Source: Trueperaceae bacterium (GTDB lineage Bacteria > Deinococcota > Deinococci > Deinococcales > Trueperaceae). From it: DNA of 64,000 bases. A model generated the notes under the pieces. It was not told where the DNA came from and made no database searches. It saw nothing but the letters and a program-made list of their open reading frames with translations. Below are positions 41,858-51,933 of the stretch, one piece after another. Made by a program: the position numbers and the translations under genes. Within the stretch, counting starts at the first letter, position 1. Each line of letters starts with the position of its first letter. The DNA is taken from positions 1,696,001-1,760,000 of the forward strand of contig OZ243956.1 in NCBI GenBank assembly GCA_965214405.1, written 5' to 3'.

Positions 41858-42619
41858 TTAAAAAGGCGAACTCACCACGCCCCCGTCCACCAGGAGCGTC
41901 TGCCCGGTGATGTACGCCGCGCCCGCCGACGCCAGAAAGGCTACCGCCGCCGCGATCTCCTCGGGCGTGGCGAAACGTTTGGCGGGGATGCTTTGGATAA
42001 GCTTGTCTTTCGCTCCCTCATCCTCAAAAAGTTCTTCCAGCCGCTCCGTGGCGGTGTAGCCGGGGGCCACGTTGTTGACGGTCACGCCCGCCGCGGCCAC
42101 CTCCGTGGAGAGCGTTTTGGCGAAGCCCGTGACCGCCGCGCGAAAGGCGTTGGAAAGCGTGAGATTGGTGATGGGCTCGCGCACCGAGAGCGAGGTCACG
42201 TTGATGATGCGGCCCCAGCCTTGCGCGCGCATGTGGGGCAGCGCGGCCCGGCTGAGGCGCACCGCCGACATCAACGTAAGCTCAAAGCCGCGTGCCCAAG
42301 CCTCATCTCCCAAGTCGGTCGCAGTCCCCGCGGGAGGCCCGCCCGCGTTGACAACGAGGATGTCCGCGCCGCCGAAGCGGCGCGTCACGCGCTCGAGCAG
42401 CACCTCGATATTTTCCGGCTCGCTCACGTCGGCGGGAACGCCGAACGCCTCGCCGCCTCCGAGTCTAATAGCCTCCACGGTCTTATCAAGCTCCGCCTCG
42501 CCCCTGGCGCTCAGCACCACTCGAGCGCCCTCTTTGGCGAGTCCTGCGGCTACGGCGCGACCAATCCCTTGCGACGCGCCCGTCACGAGCGCGACTTTAT
42601 TTTCAATATGTAGGTCCAT
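41858..42619 (-). CDS. Short-chain dehydrogenase/reductase (FabG-like)
   Basis: 'TGASQGIG', 'NAGGPP', 'NVAPG', 'YITGQTLLVDGG'. Confidence 0.9.
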   Translation of the reverse strand: MDLHIENKVALVTGASQGIGRAVAAGLAKEGARVVLSARGEAELDKTVEAIRLGGGEAFGVPADVSEPENIEVLLERVTRRFGGADILVVNAGGPPAGTATDLGDEAWARGFELTLMSAVRLSRAALPHMRAQGWGRIINVTSLSVREPITNLTLSNAFRAAVTGFAKTLSTEVAAAGVTVNNVAPGYTATERLEELFEDEGAKDKLIQSIPAKRFATPEEIAAAVAFLASAGAAYITGQTLLVDGGVVSSPF

Positions 42620-42677
42620 AGCGCATCCTAACCCCCTGCGTATCAACTGCACCGCCCTCGTTTGAGACGTTTTAGTT

Positions 42678-43412
42678 TTGCATGAGCACCTTGGACACGC
42701 TGGGGCGTGCCTCGCCTTGGGGAGCCGTCCCACGGAACTCGGCGCGTTCTACATCGACTGCGACAACGCGACCTTGAGCGACCTGAGCATAAGGCTTGTT
42801 TCCCTGGCCGGTCCTGTCGCCAGCCTGCTGACCGGCATCGTGAGCTTTCTCGTTTTGCGCCGCCTGTCACCGGGTAAACCCGCGCTTTACTTTTTTGTTT
42901 GGTTGCTCGGCACGATTGGCTTTATGACCGCCACGGGCTATCTTTTCTTCTCCGGCGTGTCCGGCGTGGGCGACTTTGGCACCACCCGTGACGGCGTATT
43001 TTACGGGGCCTCACCGGCGTGGCTCTGGCGCACCCTTCTAACCGTCGCTGGCGCGGTTAGCTACTACGCGATTGCCAGGTTCGCCGCGCGCGAGATAGCG
43101 CCGCATGTTGAGGGTGTGGGCCGCGCGCGCATTACTTACGCGCGTCACCTCGTTTTGGTCACTTACGTCACGGGAGCCGTCGTCACGCTTGCGATTGGCT
43201 TGCTCCATCCTCAGGGATTATTCGTCAGTCTAACGTCTGCGGCCGCCGCCCTGGGTGGCACCTCCGGGTTTTTGTGGATGATGCAGTTTATCAACCCCGA
43301 CGAACGAACCTCGAGGAGTCTGGCTTTTGGGCGGCGCTGGGGCTGGGTTGCGCTTGGCGGCGCCGTGACGGTCTTTTACGCGCTCGTTCTGGGGCCGACT
43401 CTGTATTTCTAA
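42678..43412 (+). pseudogene. HExxH-like membrane protein (peptidase M50B-like), apparently 5'-damaged
   Basis: ORF starts directly at 'LHEHLGH'; 'SLAGPVAS' motif; in-frame TGA at 42663 interrupts the preceding hydrophobic segment. Confidence 0.5.
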
Positions 43413-43478
43413 ACCTGAGACTTCTCGATATCTCAAAACGTATTTGGGAGGAAGTTTCTTCTGCTCTCCCGCTCGTTT

Positions 43479-44525
43479 CTACCTTCTGGACTGAAGCTCG
43501 AGCCCTCTAAGCGCCCCCACATCTCCAGCGCCCGCGCAGTGCATCGCCACTTTAAGCTCCCACACGAAATTTTCTAGCCAGGCCATGACTGCCTCGGGAG
43601 ACTCAGTGGCAGGTTCGAGTAAGGGCCGCGCCACCGCCACCACCCGCGCGCCCAGCGCGAGCGCCTTGGCCGCGTCCAGCCCGGTACGAATCCCGCCCGA
43701 GGCGATGAGCGGCATCTGTGGCAAAACCTCGCGCACTTCGCGCAGCGCCTGCGCGGTGGGAACGCCCCATTCCGCCAAATCCTTGTGCCGCACCTCGCCG
43801 TAGTTGACGTACTCCTCGACCTTGGCCCACGAGGTGCCGCCCGCGCCCGCCACGTCGAGCGCGGCAAAACCCACCTCCGCGACCGCCGCCGCCGCCGCGC
43901 CGCTCAAGCCGTGTCCGACTTCTTTGAGAAGAACGGGGTAGCCAGCGTCCGGCACCACCTCGAGCAGCTTCGGCACAAGGGTTGAAAAGTCCGTGTCGCC
44001 GCCCCTTTGCAAAGCTTCTTGCAAGGGATTGGTGTGAAGCGCGAGCGCGTCGGCACCCACTTGTTCAACCGCGCGGTGAAGATGACCCGCACCATAGCCC
44101 CTGTTAAGCTGCGCCACGCCTAAGTTGCCAATGAGGAGAATGTCGGGAGCGAAGGGGCGAACCTCAAACGAGGACAAGGCGTGGGGATGCTCGAGCATCA
44201 CCCGCTGCGAGCCCAGCATCAGGCCCACCCCGAGTGCTTGCGCCGCGAGCGCCAAGTGTCGGTTAATGGTGCGTGAACGCTCCGCGCCCCCCGTCATCGC
44301 GCCGATGAGGAGCGGTGCGCGGAGGTCTTTACCCAGAAAGGTTGTGCGGGTGTCAATCGCTTTCAGGTCCGTACCGGGAAGCGCGCGGTAGGGCAGGTCG
44401 AAGGCTTCAAAGCCGGTGGTGCGGGTGGTGTACTCGACATTGTGGTGGAGACAGACCTCGACGTGCTTGAGCTTGCGCGCGCCTAGCGCGTCCTGCGCCT
44501 GAGAATCGGGGGCGGAAGATTTCAC
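43479..44525 (-). CDS. fni: Type 2 isopentenyl-diphosphate delta-isomerase
   Basis: 'RKLKHV', 'GAMTGG', 'GSQR', 'HTNPLQE', 'KEVGHG', 'GAGGTSW', 'SGGIR'. Likely leaderless GTG at 44525 (TATGCT 7 nt upstream); alternative ATG at 44537. Confidence 0.93.
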   Translation of the reverse strand: MKSSAPDSQAQDALGARKLKHVEVCLHHNVEYTTRTTGFEAFDLPYRALPGTDLKAIDTRTTFLGKDLRAPLLIGAMTGGAERSRTINRHLALAAQALGVGLMLGSQRVMLEHPHALSSFEVRPFAPDILLIGNLGVAQLNRGYGAGHLHRAVEQVGADALALHTNPLQEALQRGGDTDFSTLVPKLLEVVPDAGYPVLLKEVGHGLSGAAAAAVAEVGFAALDVAGAGGTSWAKVEEYVNYGEVRHKDLAEWGVPTAQALREVREVLPQMPLIASGGIRTGLDAAKALALGARVVAVARPLLEPATESPEAVMAWLENFVWELKVAMHCAGAGDVGALRGLELQSRR

Positions 44526-44611
44526 TTCGTTTAGCATAGCCCACCCCGTTTGGGGGGGTGGTAAGAGGTAGCTCACAGGGTCCGGGGGGCGGGGTCCCTA
44601 CACTACGCTTC

Positions 44612-46438
44612 ATGATTGGACGTTTCACAAAGAGCATACCGTTATCTTCCGAAGCCTTCACGTCCCTTTTACGTAAAGCCGTTCTCTCTGGGGCCATCGC
44701 CGCCCTGCTCGCCGCTTGCACCGCGCCCGCCGCCCCCCAGCTAGGCGTCTCGGACAAGAGCTTAGAACTCAGCTCCGCCTCGAGGCGGGACACGCTGACG
44801 ATCAGCAACAAAGGAAAACCGGGGACGATGCTCGCCTGGAGCATCACGTCAAAGTCCGAACGCATTACCGTCACACCCTCCAAGGGCGTGCTCAAGGGGA
44901 ATGACGAGGACACCGTCGTGATCGAGGTGAACCAAAAGGGCTTGAGCAAGGGTGACAGCATCCACGACACCCTCTTGCTCAATTCGGACTACGGCCCCAA
45001 GGGCGTCAACGTTAACTTCAGCATGACGGTGGAGGGGCTTGGCGCGTGCGGCGTTCCTATAGAAGAGGAAACGGCGGCGCCGGGCGTGACTCAGAAACCT
45101 GTCTCCCGCGCACCCAACCGCCCTAAAACCCCTTACGTTCCCGGCGAACTGCTGGTGCGCTACCGCGAGCCTGCCACGCTGGGCGTTGAGCAGGGTGCCA
45201 TGCTTGACGCCCTCCAAAGAACCTCCAAGGCCGTTGCGAGCGACTTCGGGTTGCAGCCCCTCTATTTAGGCGGCCTTTACGCGCCCGATTTGGTGTGGGT
45301 GAGTGCGGATGAGGGCGGGGCTTTGAAGATCAACACTTTGGATGTGGAGGCTCTGGACATGGAAGCCTTGGCGAGGAGGCTCGAGGCCGACCCCCGCGTC
45401 CTCTATGCGGAGCCCAACTACTATCTCGAGCCCCTAGAAACGCGCCCTAATGACGAGGATTTAGCAGACCAGTGGAGCCTGCTTGACTTCGGCCTGCCGC
45501 AAGCCTGGGACATCGACACGGGCGAAAATAGCGTTGTCATTGCCGTTATCGACAGCGGCGTGGACACGAGGCATGAGGATTTGAGCGCCAAGATGCTCCC
45601 CGGCTGCGACTTTTACGATGGCGACAACGACCCCAACCCAGGTGCCGGGAGTAGCGCGTCGGAGCACGGCACGCACGTGGCGGGTATCGCGGCGGCGGTG
45701 GGCAACAACGGCTTGGGCGTCGCGGGCGTGGCTTACGGGCCGGGCGTCAAAATTCTGCCCATCAAGGTCTTTGATGACACGGGCTACGTCGCCACGACCG
45801 CCGAACTCATCCACGCAGTTCTTTGGGCCGCGGGGCTGCCCGTGGCGGGGGTCGCGCCGAATCCCAACAAAGCGGACATCATCAACATGAGTTTGGGCAC
45901 GGGCAAGAAAGAGATTCAGAGCATCGACGAGGCCATGCAAGAAGCGGCGGCGGCGGGCGTGGTGCTCTTTGCCGCCGCGGGCAACGCGGGCGACTCGAGC
46001 GGCGCGGCCTCGGGTAACGGCATCATGTCGCCCGCCAACGCGCCCGGCGTGATCGCGGTGGGCGCGGTGAACGGCGACTACCGCCGCGCTGAGTTCTCCG
46101 ACTACGCCGCCCTGGGACGCACGGTGGACGTGATGGCCCCTGGTGGTCGCGCCGTCCTGGCTGAAAGCGCAGGGGGGGGCGCTGGCGAGGCCGTCCTCAG
46201 CACCCTCCCCGACAACCGCTACAGCGCGCTCGAGGGCACCTCGATGGCCTCACCCTTTGCCGCCGGGGTCGCCGCGCTGGTGCTGAGCCAGAACCCTAAT
46301 TTAAGCCCTCAGCAAGTTAAAGCGAAGCTTGTCAAGAGCGCCCGTTTTGACGCCGAGTTTATGACGAAGAGCGAATACGGGGCCGGGGTGCTCTGCGCGG
46401 ACAAGGCGCTGGGCGCGCCCACCCGCTGCGGACGGTGA
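44612..46438 (+). CDS. S8 subtilisin-like serine protease, lipoprotein (paralog 1)
   Basis: Lipobox LAAC; Ig/BACON-like domain; triad 'IDSG', 'HGTHVAG', 'GTSMASP'; oxyanion 'AAGN'. Confidence 0.92.
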   Translation: MIGRFTKSIPLSSEAFTSLLRKAVLSGAIAALLAACTAPAAPQLGVSDKSLELSSASRRDTLTISNKGKPGTMLAWSITSKSERITVTPSKGVLKGNDEDTVVIEVNQKGLSKGDSIHDTLLLNSDYGPKGVNVNFSMTVEGLGACGVPIEEETAAPGVTQKPVSRAPNRPKTPYVPGELLVRYREPATLGVEQGAMLDALQRTSKAVASDFGLQPLYLGGLYAPDLVWVSADEGGALKINTLDVEALDMEALARRLEADPRVLYAEPNYYLEPLETRPNDEDLADQWSLLDFGLPQAWDIDTGENSVVIAVIDSGVDTRHEDLSAKMLPGCDFYDGDNDPNPGAGSSASEHGTHVAGIAAAVGNNGLGVAGVAYGPGVKILPIKVFDDTGYVATTAELIHAVLWAAGLPVAGVAPNPNKADIINMSLGTGKKEIQSIDEAMQEAAAAGVVLFAAAGNAGDSSGAASGNGIMSPANAPGVIAVGAVNGDYRRAEFSDYAALGRTVDVMAPGGRAVLAESAGGGAGEAVLSTLPDNRYSALEGTSMASPFAAGVAALVLSQNPNLSPQQVKAKLVKSARFDAEFMTKSEYGAGVLCADKALGAPTRCGR

Positions 46439-46492
46439 GTCTTCGGGAGGAGGGAATGATAGAAAAGCGGAGCGCAGACAATCGTCTCTTCT

Positions 46493-46541
46493 CTCAGTCT
46501 TCATAACTCGGTGCTCTACACTCATCACTCGCTACTTTCTC
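46493..46541 (+). repeat. Degenerate heptamer tandem repeat
   Basis: CTCAGTC TTCATAA CTCGGTG CTCTACA CTCATCA CTCGCTA CTTTCTC, following a purine-rich tract after the paralog 1 stop. Confidence 0.55.
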
Positions 46542-46636
46542 AACTAACCCTTGCCTCACGCGTCCACATAAAGAATGCGTGAGGCGAAAGGTCACGCGTC
46601 AAGGATTTTTCGGCAAGAGAGAGGTTATAAATAGGT

Positions 46637-48712
46637 ATGAAGCGCCACAAAACATTTCTCTGGTTTAGCCTCTTGCTTTTTTTTGTCGCCTGTAACGGTT
46701 CTCCTCCCCAAAAAGAACAGCCCCAGGTGGCGCTGTCGCCCGCCTCGGTGACGCTTTTGCCGGGTGAAACGAGTGGTCCAGTTAGCGTCAGCTCGAGCGG
46801 CTTCAGCGGCCCCGTCACCTTTTCGGTAAGCGAGGTGGCCTCATTTACCGCAACCCTCTCCGCCGCCACGCCCACGGCTCCGGCCACGCTGACGGTCGCG
46901 CCTAAAGACGGCGCGGCGGACGGACCCTACAGCTTTATCGTCACGGGCGAGAGTGGGGACGAACGCGCCAGTATGGCGCTCTCGGTCACGCTCGAGACGG
47001 ACCCCAAGGCGCAACTCTCGGTCCAAGACACGGTCACGACGGAAAGCGCCTACAGCCCTAATCTCTTTTTTGTGAAAAACACGGGCAGCCCCAGGTCAAC
47101 GCTCGAGTGGCGCGTCTCCTCAAGTTCAAACGAAGTAACGCTCACGCCCACGAGCGGCTTTATAGAGGGCAACGGCACCACCGGGATTGCCGTCACGGTC
47201 GACGCGAGCGAGCTTAACGAGGGCGACACCGTCAGCGCCGCCCTCTCCTTTTCTTCAAACGCGGGCGACGCGACGGTAGCGTTCACCTACAAAAATACGA
47301 CGCAGGGCTTAGAGCGCTGCGGCACCTACCCCTCGAGCTTTATGGGTGCCAACGGGACGGCTCCCGCGCGTGTGGCGGACACCCCCACAGTCATCCCCAC
47401 AGTCAATACTCCGGTTCCTCAAACACCATATGTCCCCGGCGAGCTGTTGGTGCGCTACCGCGAACTTGTCACGCCGGGCATTAAACCAGGTGCGAAGGAC
47501 GAGTTGGGGGCGCTTCAACACGTCGCCAGCGCCGTGCGGAGCGATTTTGGATTGACGCTCGAGGCGGCGGGCGGCACCTATGGCCCAGACTTGGTAAAAG
47601 TAGACGCGGCGGCTTTGGGAGTGAAGGCGCTGGATATGGAGGCGTTGGCGAGAAAGCTCGAGGCCGACCCCCGCGTCCTGTACGCCGAGCCCAACTACTA
47701 CCTCGAGCTTTTAGAGACGCGGCCCAATGACGAGTATCTGCCGGACCAGTGGAGTCTGCTCAACTTTGGCTTGCCCCAAGCTTGGGACATTAGCACGGGC
47801 GAGAACGATGTGGTGGTTGCCGTTATTGATAGCGGCGTGGACATGAACCACGAAGACCTTAGGGGCAAGATGCTCCCCGGCTGCGACTTTCATGACGCCG
47901 ACAACGACCCCAATCCGGGTCCCCGAAATGGCGCGTCGGAGCACGGCACGCACGTGGCGGGCATCGCGGCGGCGGTGGGCGATAACAGCCTGGGCGTCGC
48001 GGGCGTGGCTTACGGGCCGGGCGTCAAGATTCTGCCCATTAAGGTGTTTGACGATGCGGGTCGCCAGGCGACCACCGCCGAACTCATCAGGGCGGTGCGC
48101 TGGGCGGCGGGACTGCCTGTAGACGGCGTGGCCGTGAACCCCAACAAGGCGGACGTCATCAACATGAGTTTGGGCACGGGCAAAAATCAGATTCAGAGTG
48201 TGAATGAAGTCATGAAAGAGGCGACGGCGGCGGGCGTGGTGCTTTTCGCCTCGTCGGGTAACGCGGGGGACTCGAGCGGCGCGGCCTCGGGTAACGGCAT
48301 TATGTCGCCCGCCAACGCGCCCGACGTGATCGCGGTGGGCGCGGTGAATAACGACTACCGCCGCGCGACCTTCTCCGACTACGCCGCCTCGGGGCCGACG
48401 GTCGACCTCATGGCCCCCGGCGGCACGTCGCCGCTCTCCCTGGGGTGCCAGAACATCCTCAGCACCTTTCCCAGAAATTCGTTTGGTGAGAGCGAGTATG
48501 GCTGCTTGCAGGGCACCTCGATGGCCTCACCCTTCGCCGCCGGGGTCGCCGCGCTGATGCTGAGCCAGAACCCGAACTTAAGCCCCCAACAAGTCAAAGC
48601 GAAGCTCACAGGGAGCGCCCAGTTCAGCGCCTTTATGAACCCCGCAGAGTACGGGGCCGGGGTGGTCTGCGCGGACAAGGCGCTGAGCGCGCTCACCCGC
48701 TGCGGACGTTAA
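46637..48712 (+). CDS. S8 subtilisin-like serine protease, lipoprotein (paralog 2)
   Basis: Lipobox FVAC; two Ig-like domains; 'IDSG', 'HGTHVAG', 'GTSMASP'; catalytic domain near-identical to paralog 1. Confidence 0.92.
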   Translation: MKRHKTFLWFSLLLFFVACNGSPPQKEQPQVALSPASVTLLPGETSGPVSVSSSGFSGPVTFSVSEVASFTATLSAATPTAPATLTVAPKDGAADGPYSFIVTGESGDERASMALSVTLETDPKAQLSVQDTVTTESAYSPNLFFVKNTGSPRSTLEWRVSSSSNEVTLTPTSGFIEGNGTTGIAVTVDASELNEGDTVSAALSFSSNAGDATVAFTYKNTTQGLERCGTYPSSFMGANGTAPARVADTPTVIPTVNTPVPQTPYVPGELLVRYRELVTPGIKPGAKDELGALQHVASAVRSDFGLTLEAAGGTYGPDLVKVDAAALGVKALDMEALARKLEADPRVLYAEPNYYLELLETRPNDEYLPDQWSLLNFGLPQAWDISTGENDVVVAVIDSGVDMNHEDLRGKMLPGCDFHDADNDPNPGPRNGASEHGTHVAGIAAAVGDNSLGVAGVAYGPGVKILPIKVFDDAGRQATTAELIRAVRWAAGLPVDGVAVNPNKADVINMSLGTGKNQIQSVNEVMKEATAAGVVLFASSGNAGDSSGAASGNGIMSPANAPDVIAVGAVNNDYRRATFSDYAASGPTVDLMAPGGTSPLSLGCQNILSTFPRNSFGESEYGCLQGTSMASPFAAGVAALMLSQNPNLSPQQVKAKLTGSAQFSAFMNPAEYGAGVVCADKALSALTRCGR

Positions 48713-48884
48713 GCTCGGGGTATCCCGCTGCCGAGAACTCTGTTGATGAAGCCTCTATGAACCCTCCCGCGCCCCTCTCAAAAGCGCGGGAGGAGGCTCA
48801 CAGAGGTGCGTCCTGCTGATTGCGAGGTTTAAAAATAGCGCAATATGCCTCACACAAAGAGAAAAGTTTACGTTATAAAGGAGC

Positions 48885-50918
48885 ATGACCAAGAACAGCG
48901 CCTCATATAAGACAGTTTTTTTGGTGAGTCTCCTCCTTTTTCTGGCCGCCTGTAACAACGACACCCTACCGCCTCCCGGAGGGGGAACGCAACCGCAGGT
49001 GACGCTGTCGCCCCCAAATCTTACTTTGAACCCAGGGCAAACGGGCAGCACGACGGTTAGCTCGAGCAATTTTAGCGGCGCTGTAACGCTCTCGTTCAGC
49101 CGTGGCGATGACGGCCTCCCCACCAATCAGCTCGATATCAGCGGCTCACCCACGACAATTTCGGGCACAGAAACGGCAACATTGCAAGTGACGCCCAAAA
49201 GTGGCGCTGCGCCAGGAACTTACCAAATTGTCGTGACAGGTAAAAGCGGCAGCCAAACGGACACCGCGACGCTTTCGGTTACTGTTCCGGGTGCGGGCGG
49301 TCCCGGCGACGGCACCATTAGCGGAACAGTTCAGACTGCCAACAATCTTGCGAGTTTTACCGTTCCCAATGACCCCAAACTTCCGACTCCCATGATGGCT
49401 CAGTCGGAGAAGCCTAAGTACGTCGAGGGTCAGTTGCTTGTCAAGCTCAACACAAACGGGCTAGCTAGCGAAAGTGATTCGAACATTTATGGACAGCTCG
49501 AGACGCTGCTCACGCTTGACTATCCCATTACCGTGTTGCGTTCTGGGGGCGCGGACATGCCCGCGCTTGTTGAGGTGTCTCCTGGACAAGACGTTCAAAC
49601 GCTCACGGCGCTGCTCGAGCGCGACCCACGCGTGACCTACGCCGAGCCCAACTACTACATCTACTTGCAAGCTCTGCCCAACGACCCGCAAAACAACAAG
49701 CTGTGGCACCTGGCCGCCGACGGCTTGCCTGTGGCGTGGAACGCAAAAAATTCCTCAGCGGTGACGGTTGCCGTGATTGACTCCGGGATTGACCTCGATC
49801 ACCCCGATTTGAAGGGTGTTTTTGCGAATGGTGGTTACGACTTTTGTGCGGCAACGACAGGTAGCGGCAACAAGCGCACCTGCTCGAAGCGGGATGATAA
49901 CCCCCGTCCCGACTCCAACAGCGACACGCACGGTACCCACGTTACCGGGACCATCGCGGCGGTGGGCAATAACGACATAGGCGTGGCGGGTGTTCTCTAC
50001 GACGGCGCGAGCATTGTACCTATCAAAGTTTTTTATCAAAACGATGCTACAGGAATTAAAGATTTTACCACAGCTTCCGCGCTTGCCGAGGCCATCCTAT
50101 GGTCCGTAAATCGACTTAACGCCGCTGGCGTCCCTAAAAATCCCAATCCGGCAAAAGTTATTAATCTCAGCCTGGGATTTGAACTGACTCCCGGCGAGCA
50201 AAGTCAAACCGTACAGAACGCGGTTTCTACTGCTCAGGGTACGGGTGCGCTGCTTATTGCCGCGGCAGGGAATGGTGGCAATCAGGGCGTACTGGCACCC
50301 GCGCTTTACGACGGCGTTATCGGGGTCGGGTCGGTCAACTCAAAGTTTCGCCGTTCGTGTTTCTCTAACTATGGTGACGGTCTCGACATTGTGGCCGCGG
50401 CGGGAGACTACCCTATCAAAAGCGGTTGTCCCAAGGTTAGTGAGGCTGTTCTCAGCACCTTTCCAGGCGGGAATTATGGCGTTGAGACGGGAACCTCACA
50501 CGCTACACCCATCGTCACAGGTGTTGCCGCGCTCGTTTGGGAGCAAATGGCGAGCCCAACGGCTGCCAAGGTGAGCCAGAAACTTAGCGACAGTGCTTAC
50601 TTCGACTCGAGCTATATGAGCGCAGCCCAGTACGGCGCGGGCCTCCTGCGCGCCGACGTGGCGCTCGGGCTGCCGGGTCCGACGAGCAGCAGGAAAACGG
50701 TCCAAACGACCGTCTCAGCGAGTGGTGCAGGTGGCAGCGCGACGAAGATCGTGACGCTCGACCTCCTGCTAGGTGTATCCAACTCGTTCTCGCTCACCGG
50801 CCTCAGCGCGGGCACCTACACCTTGGAGGCCGCGACCTCCGGCGTGAGCCTTAGTGGTAAGACCACCGTCACGTTGCAGAGCGGGGGCGCGCAGAAAGAC
50901 ATTACCGTCACGCCCTAA
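48885..50918 (+). CDS. S8 subtilisin-like serine protease, lipoprotein (paralog 3, divergent)
   Basis: Lipobox LAAC; 'IDSG', 'HGTHVTG', 'AAGN', 'GTSHATP'; extra C-terminal beta domain. Confidence 0.9.
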   Translation: MTKNSASYKTVFLVSLLLFLAACNNDTLPPPGGGTQPQVTLSPPNLTLNPGQTGSTTVSSSNFSGAVTLSFSRGDDGLPTNQLDISGSPTTISGTETATLQVTPKSGAAPGTYQIVVTGKSGSQTDTATLSVTVPGAGGPGDGTISGTVQTANNLASFTVPNDPKLPTPMMAQSEKPKYVEGQLLVKLNTNGLASESDSNIYGQLETLLTLDYPITVLRSGGADMPALVEVSPGQDVQTLTALLERDPRVTYAEPNYYIYLQALPNDPQNNKLWHLAADGLPVAWNAKNSSAVTVAVIDSGIDLDHPDLKGVFANGGYDFCAATTGSGNKRTCSKRDDNPRPDSNSDTHGTHVTGTIAAVGNNDIGVAGVLYDGASIVPIKVFYQNDATGIKDFTTASALAEAILWSVNRLNAAGVPKNPNPAKVINLSLGFELTPGEQSQTVQNAVSTAQGTGALLIAAAGNGGNQGVLAPALYDGVIGVGSVNSKFRRSCFSNYGDGLDIVAAAGDYPIKSGCPKVSEAVLSTFPGGNYGVETGTSHATPIVTGVAALVWEQMASPTAAKVSQKLSDSAYFDSSYMSAAQYGAGLLRADVALGLPGPTSSRKTVQTTVSASGAGGSATKIVTLDLLLGVSNSFSLTGLSAGTYTLEAATSGVSLSGKTTVTLQSGGAQKDITVTP

Positions 50919-50983
50919 CGTTCAGAATCTCACAGACCCAAGCGCCCCTGTAACTCACACGTTATAGTGGCGCTGGGGTTTTT

Positions 50984-51856
50984 ATGGTCTTAAATGTAAG
51001 TCACACAACCGAATACACATACACCAAAGCCGCCTGGGATTCGTTTAACGAACTCCGGCTGCGCCCGGCGGACGACCACCGCCAGACGATGCTCGAGTTC
51101 GACCTCTTCATCGAGCCCAAGGCGGTGGTGCGGAGCCAGCGCGACTTTTACGGCAACCTCATGCACCACTTTCACCTGCCGTTTGAACACACGCACCTGC
51201 TTATCAGGGCGACCTCCAGGGTCGTCACCTATCCGACGCCTGAGCCGCATCCCGTGTCGGCGAGGGCGCTGCCCGAACTCCGCCACCGCTTTTTCGACTT
51301 TCTGGCCCCCACGGCGCGCGTGCCCCTAAACCACAACTGGTTCGGCGCGTTTCACGCGCTGCCGCTGGGCAAGGACGACGAGTTGGTGACTTTTTTAGAC
51401 AACATGACGCGGTACTTAAAGAATCACTTTATCTACCAGTCCAACGCGACCCACGTGGACACGCCGCTGCTCGAGTTCGCCGAGAACGGCCGGGGCGTCT
51501 GCCAGGACTACGCGCACGCGATGCTGGCGCTCTGCCGGAGCGCGGAGATTCCGGCGCGCTACGTGAGCGGCTATGTGCATAGTAGTCCGGGCGGGGACGA
51601 AGGGATGCTGGGCGCGGAGGGTTCACACGCGTGGGTCGAAGCTTACCTGCCGGGGAGCGGCTGGACGGGCTTCGATCCGACCAACGGCTGCCGCGCCACC
51701 GAGGCGCACGTTAAGATTGGCTTTGGCCGGGATTATGATGACGTACCGCCTGTGAAGGGGCTGCGGCGGGGCGGCAGCAAGGGTGGATTGGACGTGACAG
51801 TCAAGGTGCGCCGGGCGGAGGCGGCGTTTGGCGCGCTGGTGGAGCAGGAAAAGTGA
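50984..51856 (+). CDS. Transglutaminase-family protein (Bact_transglu_N + core)
   Basis: 'HTTEYTY..NELRLRP', 'GVCQDYAH', 'PARYVSGY', 'SHAWVE', 'FDPTN', 'GRDYDDVPP'. Confidence 0.92.
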   Translation: MVLNVSHTTEYTYTKAAWDSFNELRLRPADDHRQTMLEFDLFIEPKAVVRSQRDFYGNLMHHFHLPFEHTHLLIRATSRVVTYPTPEPHPVSARALPELRHRFFDFLAPTARVPLNHNWFGAFHALPLGKDDELVTFLDNMTRYLKNHFIYQSNATHVDTPLLEFAENGRGVCQDYAHAMLALCRSAEIPARYVSGYVHSSPGGDEGMLGAEGSHAWVEAYLPGSGWTGFDPTNGCRATEAHVKIGFGRDYDDVPPVKGLRRGGSKGGLDVTVKVRRAEAAFGALVEQEK

Positions 51857-51898
51857 CGAGTGGAAAGTACCGAGTAACGAGGACTGAGTGAAAAGTAA
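51857..51898 (+). repeat. Degenerate heptamer tandem repeat between convergent genes
   Basis: CGAGTGG AAAGTAC CGAGTAA CGAGGAC TGAGTGA AAAGTAA, followed by a pyrimidine-rich tract. Confidence 0.55.
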
Positions 51899-51933
51899 AG
51901 CTTTTCTGCCTCATCTTCTCTACTTGCTCTTTC

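Noticed and set aside
43479..44537. fni as part of a terpene or carotenoid cluster
   Set aside because: No prenyltransferase or crt genes are adjacent; it appears to be a stand-alone housekeeping gene.
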